DNA from: Callorhinchus milii
Taxonomy: Eukaryota
DNA: 64,000 nucleotides
NCBI RefSeq assembly: GCF_018977255.1
Contig: NW_024704745.1
Coordinates: 8,928,001-8,992,000, forward strand
Reading direction: 5' to 3'
Positions 23,385 to 34,295 of this stretch are shown one piece after another. Numbering within the stretch: position 1 is the first letter of the stretch; each line of letters opens with the position of its first letter. The translations under genes and the position numbers were made by a program. Below the pieces are notes generated by a model. The model made no database searches. It worked only from the letters and a program-made list of their open reading frames with translations, and had not been told where the DNA came from.

Positions 23385-23735
23385 ATCCTGTAGTTTAGTG
23401 GTTAGAGCACTCGCCTCGCAAACGAGAGGACCCGTGTTTGAATCCCGGCAGGGTGAAACATTGGACAAGTTTCCTTACTCCACACTCCTCTGTTTATCTC
23501 GCAGTAAGTAGGAACCTGGTTATTAGTCGATTGGCAGATCGCATTTCCAGGGTTAATCCCTTGAACAAAATAGTAACAATAATTTGGTCATTTAATCCAC
23601 GACTGTTTGTGGGACCGTGCTGTGTGCAATTGGCTGCCATATTTTGCCCACAAAATATACAGTCAATCCACTTTACAGTATATTATGTGAAGTGCTTTGA
23701 AACGTCTAGAAGACTTGATAAGGCGCTATATTATT
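23385..23735 (+). mobile_element. tRNA-headed SINE, long subfamily, followed by a Deu-SINE fragment (about 23770-23970)
   Basis: TCCTGTAGTTTAGTGGTTAGAGCACTCG head, GCAGTAAGTAGGAACC body. Confidence 0.87.
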
Positions 23736-24209
23736 AGAGATTCTAATGATTAGATGTTCAGATAATAGGATGATTTATGTAGTTGTATAGGTCCCCGACA
23801 ATTGCCTGTTGAGGTGGATATTAACGTTCCCATAGCACTACTTGAAAATACGAATTATATTCTCTTGGTGTCCTGGTCGACAAAAGATTTAAAAAATGGT
23901 CATTCACTTCATGGCTGTTTGTGGAACATTGCTTTGCACAAATTAGCTGTTGTCTTCGCCTGTAAAAATACTTGTTGGCATATTTAATAAGCAACAAATT
24001 GCACATTTTAAGTTTGGTTGATTTCTGAAACTAAGGATGGAGGCGTAATTTTGCCTGGGCCATTAAATACAATGGCTTTGTATTTGAAGATGGACACTTA
24101 TAATGGACCAATACCATCAGTGCTGTGGTTATTAGCAGGAAGAAGGATGTCACTGTTTTAGTTGCCACTTTCCACTCCAGTTGAAATCCAAACTAGAACT
24201 CTGCACCTA

Positions 24210-24605
24210 AATAATATCCTTGCATTTGATGTAGCGTTTTTAACATGGGGAGGACGTCTCAAAGCGCTTCACAGGATTCTACTGTAAAATGTACAACTCT
24301 AATTTTGTGGTTGAAACTGACAGCCAACTTGTGCACAGCAATGTCTCAAATACAGGAATGACCAATTTTAACGGTGGGATTGTTGACAAGGACACTGGGA
24401 GAAACTCCTTCACTTTTCGAGGAGCACCATAGGATTATTAATGTCTATCTGAACAGGTAGACAAGACCTCAGTTTAACCTCTAACAAAGAAGTACACCCC
24501 AAACACTCTGTTTTGGTGTCAGCCAAGAGTTTGTGAGTCCAAAGTCCTGAAGTGGGACTTGAACCTACAATCTTCTGAGAACGCTACCAACTGAGCCAGG
24601 CTGAC
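24210..24605 (-). mobile_element. Older Deu-domain SINE, near full length
   Basis: Minus-strand head CAGCCTGGCTCAGTTGGTAGC...GGTTCAAGTCCCAC, Deu core, L2-type tail. Confidence 0.82.
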
Positions 24606-26989
24606 ATGCAATATAATACTTTGAACAATGCTCTTGGTTTGTGTGCTTTTCCAGCACTAGAAGGGCCAGCATGGTTTGTTTGTTGAAAGTGGATATTAGA
24701 CAGAGCACTTAGCTGTTTGAAACGTTCATTTTATGTTGTTAAATTAGTTGAAAATTATAGAGCAATTAATAATATTGAAAAATAACATCCTATCTTTGTC
24801 TTATAAGATGATTTAATTTGGATCTTTCTCTCCTGTTTCACTGTATAAAACAATGCTGTAAATGTATGTTGTTGTAAATGTACGCAAAACCTTGGGTTTT
24901 GTGTAAAGTAAGGCTGCAGTTTTGTCACAGGGAAAAATCACTTTTTCAGCGTTCAGTGTGAAGTGTTTAGTTCAGATTGAATGAGAGTGATTTCCTCCAA
25001 AACAGATAGAAGAAACCTACAATTTTTGAAAGGTTTTCTAATATCACAAGATAATATTATAAAAGTTGAGATATTTTGGGTTAGAAAATGTTGAGGCAAC
25101 TTTTGTACTTTTTGTACTTTATGGCTATTTTCTTGGATAGCTCATTTACATTTCAGTAGTATTCATATTTTGAGCTACAGATTGATGAATCCTTATTCGA
25201 TGCTTAGATTTAATAATACTGTACCATTTTTCTCCGTGGGATGCTTTCTTTGAACTTATTATTTGACCTACAGTAATAGGTTTTATCTCGTGGTGGTGAC
25301 AGCAGGAATACGGCCCACTTTTTCTCTTTGTCATTGCGGTTGTCCTGTATTAATTCTATGGCGCTGATAAGAACATCATGAAATTGAGAATGACAGTTCT
25401 TTGAACAGCATCCATATCTAGCTCACACAGGGCTTCATATCTAGCGGAAGGTTGTAAGCCTCTTGGTAACATTAAACTGTGATGTGGTAAAGACATTCAT
25501 TTCAGCCTTTTTGGCACAGCCAAGGAACTTGTTTTACCATGGCATCTGGGAATGGGGGTGTTTAGTATTGGAGTCACTGAAATTGAGACGGAGAGACTGA
25601 ATGTGTGACCGAGATAGCAGGTAATGATGGACAGGACATGTTGGTTGTGGAATCCACAGGATTTTCTGCACAGAGGAGCAACCATTTGCACAAACAAGCT
25701 CCCACAAACCATCAAGTGGTTAATCCGGAGGATTGTTGTCTGAAACACTGGGAGACCAACCTTTCTGAACATATTATGGGATGATTAATGTTGTGTGATG
25801 ATTAAAAGTGAAAGATAATGGGATCTTTAATGTTCACCCAATGAATAGATAGCCTGAACCGCAGATTAATGTCCCATCTGAAAGACAGCAACACCAGCAT
25901 TGAAGCCCTCTTTCGGCTCTGCGCTAAACAAAGGATACAATATCACCGCCCCACCCTTCCCACACAGCCAGTTATGATCCAATGATTATTTGCTGATTTT
26001 AACATTCATTATTGCTGGGCTTCTTCCACAAAAGTAGGATGTTTCCATGCAAATAAAAGTGTTGTACATTATGAAGAACAGGAGTAGCACATTCCTAATA
26101 TTTCTATTTGAAGGAGATTAAGTCAGGAGCTGCTGAAAATATATTTATTTGTGAATGTTTGTTGCAGAGACTTGGTCCTCGAGGTTTTCAGTGCTGGGGG
26201 TGGACTCTTGCGAAATGCCTAAGAACCTGAAAACTTTGACATACCTTGGCTTTGTATGTCCAGTATCCAGAAGTACATTGTATGCCTTGACAGGTTGTGT
26301 TTGTGTGAAAAAAGGATTGACTGATTTCTCATTCGATCGAACCAAGAATCTCGAAAAGAGCTGATCCCTCTTAGTCATTAACAAAAAGGACAAGATCACA
26401 AATTGGTTCGAAATAAAATTGTATAACTTTTGAATAAATTTAATTCGGGGCTGTAGGAAATCACGGAGCTCCAGGTAAAGCTAATGTAGCAGGTGATATG
26501 CAGTTTGCTTGGAATATATGTGCAACCGGAAATTCTACAGATCTGATGGTGTGGTGTTACATTGTGATCACCAATCAGTTTTAGATAAATGCTTGTTTGG
26601 AGATGGGAAACGATGTCCTTTTTTCCCAGTGATGGTGAATAAGCTATATATTTATCTAACTTCATTGCTGCAGACCAGTGACTCTATCTGGTTACCAGTG
26701 ACTGTTATAACTGGCTACGAGTGACTACTCTAACTCTGACCCCATGCATGCCTCAGTGTGAATTTTGCCATTTTCCACGTGACTTGTTTTTTGTGGTTTC
26801 TGAGTGAGATTTCTAGTTTGTGACTTAACTTCTGGCCAATTTATGTGCCGTGAGCATTCACCTATTAGAAACTGGATGTATTTTTCCCAAATCCATTCCA
26901 CATAACCAGCAGAGGGGAAATTTTCATCTTTTTGGTCTTGACTAAACTTGAATTTTGGTCCTGGAGTGAAAAGATCAGTTTGCTTTCCA

Positions 26990-27246
26990 GTTTCACAAAC
27001 TCTGGTCCAATCATTATGCCCCGAAACTCTGGAACACTCTTCCTCTATCCACCTCCGCCTTGCCCCCTCCTTCCCCATCTTCAGGTCATACCTGAAGACC
27101 TTCCCCTCCGGTTGTACCTACAGCCACTAACCCCCCCCGCCCCCCCCATTCCTTCCCTCCGGCTCAGCATTATGCTCCACCACTGTCAAGAGTTCTGGGA
27201 TGCTACACTGTGTGAGAGGCGCTGTATAAATGCAAGTTGTTGTTGT
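26990..27246 (+). mobile_element. Old L2 3' end
   Basis: AAACTCTGGAACACTCTTCC...GGCGCTGTATAAATGCAAG(TTG)n. Confidence 0.75.
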
Positions 27247-27299
27247 ATAAAAGAGACACTCGCTTGTTAATCAAAAATTTTTGGAACATTTTATCACAT

Positions 27300-27763
27300 T
27301 TTATCACACATGCTCGAAATATGATCATGCAAGGAAGAAAAAAAACAAAAGAAACTCAACAAACAAACTCATTCTAATGTTTACCAATGTTTACTGTAAC
27401 TGAATGAAATGGTTTTCTCCTATTACAATTTGTATTGGAAAAAAATGTTGCTGCTCTTTAACAATGTGAAGCAAATACAGTTGGTTTTGTTTTAATACAA
27501 GGTGCGGATTAAATAGTGATTGACCTTTTTAATACAAGGATTTTTAATGTTGTGGTATTACAGTTTATAATATGCACACGCATTAGTACCGAGCACACAA
27601 AATTCAAGAAGGGTATTGATCAGATGCAGGGTTTATACATAACATGCACAAACCACTCCCAAACCAAAAGGATGCAGGTAATGTAGCTATTTCTTTCTTC
27701 TAAGAACAAAATTAAGAGTGCTGTTATTTTCACAGGAGTTGGGTTCGGATGTGGGTGGGGGGA
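27300..27763 (-). other. FILIP1L: Probable FILIP1L 3' UTR of the read-through (...ITVSNVYD) isoform; 3' end approximate
   Basis: AT-rich, repeat-free sequence after the stop; ATTAAA hexamers on the minus strand near 27491-27496, 27530 and 27545. Confidence 0.55.
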
Positions 27764-30551
27764 TTAATCATAGACATTACTTACTGTAATTTGTGAATAG
27801 CGTGGGGCAGGAGTGGCTGTTGGTGTAATAGTGATACTGCTGGTGACTTTATTAGTTGGTTTATTTGGTGTTCCGTTAGTTAAAGCTGGCATTCTGCTTT
27901 CCTGCAATGGGCTGCACGGGCTCATTGGTCTTGCCATGGGTGTAATTGTCTGAATGTGGGGGTTACCTAAGTGGATGTGGATTTTATTGTCTTCAGTGGT
28001 AATTACGTTAGGACTTGTGCCGTTTGACTTTTGCAGGTGGCGCCCTTGTATCCTCTCAGGGGCCACTCTAAAGACTGTGTGAGCCATGGCAGAATCCATA
28101 GGTTCGGGGGACAGAATGCGTTCGGGAGAGCCGGCGGAGCTCCCAGTCACAGCGACAATCTGAATGGGGGACACTGTCCTCTCTGGAGTTATCGAACCGC
28201 AGGAGTCAGGAGTTTTGGATCTTGACATTGCAGTCATGGCAAGAGGCGAAAAGGCCCGGTCTGGCGTGGAGTACCCATCAGATGGCTTTGACTTTGCAGG
28301 CGTAATTGAGGCGTTCTGAATAATTGTGATTCTCTGCTTCGGCACACCACAGTTGGGGATAACCGCCGTGCTGGTGTAAGAGAACGAGTTTTCACAAGTG
28401 GGACTGGTGATTTCGAGAGTGGCCGTGTTGTGCCCGTGATCGGGTGTGACCTTTATGTGAAGCGGTTGCCCTTGTTTCTGCGTGAGGACCACCTCCCCGG
28501 GCTGTGCTAGGTTTCCGTTCTGCTTGAACGCGGCTTTCCCGTTTTGCGGAGGACTCTCCTTGCGCTTCATCCACGGAATCCACGACCTCCTGTTGTTGTT
28601 GACGCTGTTTACAGATAACGAATTGTAATTAACTTGCAGCGACAGATCTTCCTCCTGACCGCCCTCGTCCAGCTCTTCGCTTTCCACGCATATTTTCCCA
28701 TTGATAACTGCTTTCTCTAAAGGAACTAGGCTTCCGTAATCGGGCAGGTCGTTGTCCTCCGAATCGGTCTGAACCTCCTTTGAGCAGAGTTGCAAATCTC
28801 CAAATCTCCTGCCGTTCATGCCAGGCCGCAGGCTTTTGCTGAACCGCCTGTACCTCTCCAACTCCTTGGTGAGGCTTTCGGTTTCCCTCGCCAATTCCTT
28901 GTTGCGATTCTCCTGCTGAGTCAGCTTTCTTTGCAGCGACGTGTGCTCTCCCTTAAAACGGCACAGCAAGTCCTCCGTCGTCATGTATTCGTGAATTTTC
29001 TCCTTGAGGGCTTCAACCTCTCTTGTAAGGTGGCTCGATTTTGCTTGCTCCTCGCCGAGTTTTTCAAACAGGATCTGCTCCTGGTTTGACTCCATCTTTT
29101 CCGCTAGCTTGTGCCTGGACAATTCCTTCTTCATGGCCTCAAGCTCTTGCGACAGGACCTTGAGCATCTGCCTCTCGTTCTGATACCTCTGCTCAAGCGA
29201 GTCGTACTCGTCTTCCGTCTTCATCAGGTCATCCTCCACCACCTTCATGTCTTTTAATTTGCACTTCAAGCGTTCGACCTCGTGAGTTAGTTCGTTGACT
29301 TTATTGTCCTCGTGCTGCACAGGTGCGGACGGTTTCGCTTTGTTCTTGAGATACTCCTTTTCGATGGCTTCCAGGGACTGGAGCCTTTTCTTCAACATGT
29401 TGGACTTGGACAGAATATCGCTGCCACGCTCCTCTTCTGCCCTTAGTTTTTTGCGCAGTTCATCTCTCTCCTTGGCCAGGCTGTACATTTTCTCCTCTAA
29501 CTCTGCCTTGGTCTTCAAGGCCTTTTTGCTTTCCCCGATCAGCTTTTCCGTGACCGTGGTGACCTTGCTCTCCTCCATGTGAAGATGGGAGTTGGCGTTT
29601 TGAAATTTTTCCTCGGTCTGCCTCACTTTCTGCGCCATATTTTTTCTCTCGTCCACTAGCATCACGGTCAGTGTTTTAAGCTTGCCCAGGTCCTCCTTCA
29701 GGGTCAGTTCCGCCTTCTCCAGTTTGCTCTCAATGGCCTCCAGCTCCCTGACTCTCACCTTTAAGGTCTCCAGTTCATTTGCCAGCTGCTTGGTCAGGTT
29801 TCTCTCCTTCTCCAGATTGCACTTGAGCACGTAGCATTCCTGCTTGCTTTTGCTGAACGCGTCCTCCAATTTTTCCAGCTCCATTATTCTCTTCTTCAAT
29901 TTCCCGACCTCGGTTTTCAGGTTCCTGCTGTGGCTTTCCTCCTTTTCCAGCTTCCGATTTAGGTCCCGGCACTGGTCCTCCATTTTCAGCAGCTCCTCGT
30001 CCTTTCCCTCCATCTCCAGCACCCGCTTCCTCAGGTCCTCCACCTCTGCCATCAGGCTGGAATTCCCACACTCTCCGCACTTTATTTTCTCCCTCAAATC
30101 CTGCAGCTCCTCCTCCGCCTTCTTCAGGGACTTGTTCGTCTCCTCCAGCTCGTCGATCTGCCGGCTGAGGGTGGCCAGCTTCAGGCGAAGCTGCCGATTC
30201 TGCGTCTCCTCATTGGTCAACTTGGCCATTGCCGCTTCCTGCTCCTGGTAAAACCCGCTGGCTCGCGTCTGCAACTCGACCTCGAGACTGAGGACTTTAC
30301 GCTCTTCCTCTTGCACCCTCCACTCAGCAACAGCGAGTTTCTCCTGTGCCTGCTGGGCGGCGACCGACAGATCTTGGGCCTTTTGACACTGTTGGTTAAA
30401 CTGCTCAGAAAAGCGTTGCTGTTCATCCACTAGGGTTAGCGCAAAGGATTTCAACTTGGTGAGCTCCTCCTTTAGCTTGGAGATCTTTGCAGCATTTTCT
30501 TCCTCTTTTTTCGCCTGGTAAGCCTTTTCCTGGTCAATCAGCTTTTTCAAC
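27764..30551 (-). CDS. FILIP1L: Filamin A-interacting protein 1-like, large coding exon (coiled coil plus Ser/Thr/Pro-rich C-terminus)
   Basis: LKKLIDQE...[86 protein letters not shown]...[10 protein letters not shown] match FILIP1L rather than FILIP1 or LUZP1. True start is the acceptor tctttttcttctttccatcatattag|G at 30551 (phase 2); upstream coding exons not seen in the window. Confidence 0.93.
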
Positions 30552-31009
30552 CTAATATGATGGAAAGAAGAAAAAGAAGATTTGAGTAAAAGCAATGGTG
30601 TCTGCTCTGTACTTCCCTTGCTTGACTGCAGGGAGAGCTGTTGGGCCATTGAATCAAACTGGGTTCTCCGATGGATCCTTTTACCATTTTCACATGCGGT
30701 TCAATTCCCTTTTCAACACACATGACATCACCCAGTCAGGCACTGAGCACAAAATTGGCATTATCATTGGATGTGGTGAATAATCTTTGCCGCTGTCACT
30801 TTTAACCCCGACAAATTTTTTTTGCAACTTAAGGAATACGAGGAATTACATATTTCAAAATGTTTAATAAACCCTTGGAATAAAATATGGAATATTTCAA
30901 GACGTCCTCACGATGAGGAAGGCGCTATATAAATGTGTATTGTATTGTAACAGGAGCAGCAGCATTGCATAATGTGCACTGTCCCATTGATGCAATATTA
31001 CAGATCTTT

Positions 31010-31339
31010 GTGGAGTCCTGTAGCTCAGTGGTTAGAGCACTCGCTTTGCAAGTGAGAGACCTGAGTTCAATTCCAGGCAGAGGGCGAAACCTTGGGCAAG
31101 TTTCCTTACTCCACACACCTAATAATAATCCCTTCAAAAAACCAAAAACAATAATTAATTGGTCATTTTCAATCTACGACTGTTTGTGGGACATTGCTGT
31201 GTGCAATTGGCTGCCGCGTTCGCCCACAAATATACAGTCAATTCACTTTGCAGTATGTTCTGTGAAGCGCTTTGGGACGTCCTCCCGACATGAAAAGCGC
31301 TATATCAAATGCAAGGATTATTATTATTATTATTATTAT
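31010..31339 (+). mobile_element. Full-length tRNA-Ala-headed SINE, young short subfamily
   Basis: A box TAGCTCAGTGG, B box GAGTTCAATTCC, Deu-like core, (TTA)n tail. Confidence 0.93.
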
Positions 31340-31719
31340 CTTTTGGTGCTGTATTTTTCAGAGAACGGATACACAATCCAGTTAGTTACATCACTACAGC
31401 TCTTTGGTCAGACCTTAAATCCATTGCATTAAGCAATTGCAACAATTTTATTTTGCATTTGGTGAGCAATGTTATTACACTGGTCCTTAAACATCTGCCT
31501 ATTGACGTGTGTGTTAAAGATCTCGACACTACAGTGTTGCAAAAGTGAAGGAAGTTTCTCCTAAATAAATTGATAATTTACTTTGAGCCTGTTTGTGGAA
31601 CCTACTTTGCACAAAATGGTTGCTACATTTGCTTACCAATACACAGTTGCTACATTGGACCCTGATTGATGTGTAATTTGACATAAGGTGCTATAAAAAT
31701 ACAAGATCTTTCTTTCTAA

Positions 31720-31960
31720 ACGCAAGAAGCACAGGTTTGGGATTGTGCAGGGCAAGTTTACCACAGACTTGGAAAGTATTTCTTTATACAAAGAATAATC
31801 AGCAGCTGGAACAAGTTGCTAGGTTGAGTGGTTGAGGCCAAGAGACTGGATTCATTTAGGAAACAGCTTGATACTAATGGGATGATAATATGATTGGTAT
31901 TGTTGAAGGATCAGATCTCATTAGCCTAAAGACCACCTTCGTCCAAACCTTGTGATCTTG
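31720..31960 (+). mobile_element. CR1 ORF2 C-terminal/3' fragment; similar pieces at about 52710-52900 (+), 56290-56450 (-) and 63390-63540 (+)
   Basis: TATTTCTTTATACAAAGAATAATCAGCAGCTGGAACAAGTTG (degenerate FFTQRVV..WN.L motif). Confidence 0.65.
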
Positions 31961-32749
31961 CAATAACGTGTACAATGGACAGAGGAAATATTCAGAGCTG
32001 TGTAAAAGGGTTTGATAAGGTTAGTATAAGTAGGCTGTTCCCACTTGTTGGGGGACAAAATGATGCGAGTGAAGATATGGGCGATGGAAATTTGAATTAA
32101 CTATTGTTTATGAATGGTGGTGCTGGGGAGACCAGTGAGGAGTGCATTGCAATACTCAAGGCAGGAGGTGACGAAAGCATGGATAAGCATTTCAGCTGTG
32201 TGGGTGTGAGGTATGTTGATAGGCGGGTAATGTGGCAGAGGTGGAGGAATGAGGTCCTAGTCAGACCATTCGACCCAACTAGTCCATGTGGTGTAAAGGC
32301 ACCAGGATAATTACCAACAGGGACCAGTTGGCCAGCTGTACATTCTATGTAAATCTATATAGATGTGGCGCCCCCTCATATAGCGAGATTATAGACTGGT
32401 TGACCTTTGTGTCCTTGGTTGTAACCACTTTGTTCAGCTGGAAGCTTTGTACCACAGGAGTGGCATTCTCTGTTGGGCACTCTGTCAACAATCCTCCGAA
32501 GAAAACAGGATTGAGTTGAATGCCCCCAAAAAGTTGAACAGCATGATTTCTTCAGTGGTGCACATTCCTTGTCAATGATGTGACTCTTCTCCCTACAGAG
32601 CAACAAGCTAAAACAGTCACAGTATCAGTGCCCAGGGACAGCTCATGTGATTTATCAGGCCATCACCAGATGTGAGATTGTGAGTCTTCAACAGTTGGGA
32701 AATGAGCCCACCCTTCGCTTTTAAAAAAATCTGTAATGCAGTTTAATTA

Positions 32750-32946
32750 CTGGGGGATAATAATCCCTTAAAAAAAATTATCACTCAATCTACGACTGTT
32801 TATGGGATACTGCTGTGCGCAATTGGCTGGCGCATTTCGTCCACAAAATATACAGTCCATTCATTTTACAGTATATTCTGTGAAGCACTTTGAGAAGTCT
32901 TGAAGACGCGATAAGGCGCTACATCAAATGCAAGGATTATTATTAT
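32750..32946 (+). mobile_element. SINE 3' part; similar tail fragments at about 22460-22620, 41870-41985, 48190-48296, 52045-52160, 53460-53670, 53740-53850, 58325-58480 and 60720-60830
   Basis: CAATTGGCTG...CAGTATATTCTGTGAAGC...AAATGCAAGGATTATT. Confidence 0.82.
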
Positions 32947-33859
32947 TTAATCCAATGGTCTCAAGCTGTAGTGTTGCATTTCCTTGACATCCCCACATTC
33001 GAGGAGCATGGCTGAAAACTAGATCTGAGTTTGAATCTTAATCTTCATTGCCGTTTCTCATAAGCGTTTTGCTGTCGTCAGGCAGGGCTGCACACAACTG
33101 TCTGGGGAAGATTCCCATGCTGCTGTTTTCTTACAAATTGGCCAAGGAGTGTCAGTGACGGCATCTATGCAGATGTTTGTGTGTTGGCTTGTCCACCTCA
33201 CACGCTCTTGACCAAGGAGAACATTGAAAGAGGAAAGGGATGAGTATGAAAAATCATAGCACAGATCACTATTTCCATGCTGTTGCCACGGACAATTAAA
33301 AAGACTTTCGATGAGGGGTGGAAAAAAAAAAGAAAAATGTGGGCGAAAAGAGATAATTATTGTCAACTCGTGAAAACCAGCACTTCGGCTTTTAACCTAC
33401 AATAATGCATTGTTCTGTATACTGGCCTCAATATTCCACAAACATTATCCATTGGATTAGTTACCATATCGTCCATTTGCAGCTGTTTCAGTTGTTTGCC
33501 AGTTACCATTTCGAAGCGATTCCCCGAGCTAAGGAAACTACACTTTTAAAATTCTGCCAACAAATGTATTCCTTATTAAAATCATAGTGCTTAATCTTTT
33601 ACAGAGCCATTTATATCGCCATCAAAAGGTGCAGAGTTATTTTGTGGTGTCTGAGGGATGTTCTGAAGTAGAGTAAAATAAATACTGCACGCTAAATAAT
33701 TTTAAAATTCTGAATGTACTGCGTGGTGTAAAAGTTGAATAATTGTGTCACTTTCATAGAAGAGGAGTTCGAGATTTAAGGAAAGAATTGAGTTAGAGCA
33801 GGCAACAGTGTACTGGATTTTCATTTTAACACATTAAGATTGAAGGGAGGAGAAAGAAT

Positions 33860-34295
33860 AATCCTTAATCTTTGCATTTGATGTGGATTTTATTGTGTTG
33901 AAGTGTCTCAAAGTGTTTCACAAAGTTTGCTGTAAAGATTGCATTTGTAGGCAATTCCAACAGCCAAATTGTGTAAAACAATGTCCGACAAGCCAAGAGA
34001 TAACTTTTTTTTAATCTGAGCAATTTTTGGCCAGGACAAAGTTGAAAACTTTTTTTCAAATAGTGCCATGGGATCGTTGAAAGTTCACCTGACCAGGCAG
34101 ACAGAACCTCGGTTCAATTTTCTCATCCGACGGACGGCACTTCAATCAATGAAGCACCCTCCAACCCCCCCCCCCCGCCCTCCCCGACTTCAGCACTGCG
34201 TTGGGAGTGTGAATTCGGGGCTCAAAGCCCCAACTTGGGGCTTGTACCCATAGCCTCATGACTCGCAGACAAGAGTGCTACCAGCTGAGCCATGC
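33860..34295 (-). mobile_element. Older Deu-domain SINE
   Basis: GCCATGGGATC...CAGGCAGACAGAACCTCGGTT core; head GGCTCAGCTGGTAGCACTCTTG on the minus strand. Confidence 0.8.

Noticed and set aside
28031-30426. Overlapping antisense and alternate-frame ORFs inside the FILIP1L exon
   Set aside because: Expected shadows of a GC3-rich coiled-coil coding sequence
30552-30649. N-terminal MAQQLSLQ...FHHI of the 961-aa ORF
   Set aside because: Intronic polypyrimidine tract upstream of the acceptor; FILIP1L similarity starts at RLKKLIDQE
31010-31085. tRNA-Ala(TGC) gene
   Set aside because: It is the head of a multi-copy SINE, continuous with the Deu core and L2 tail
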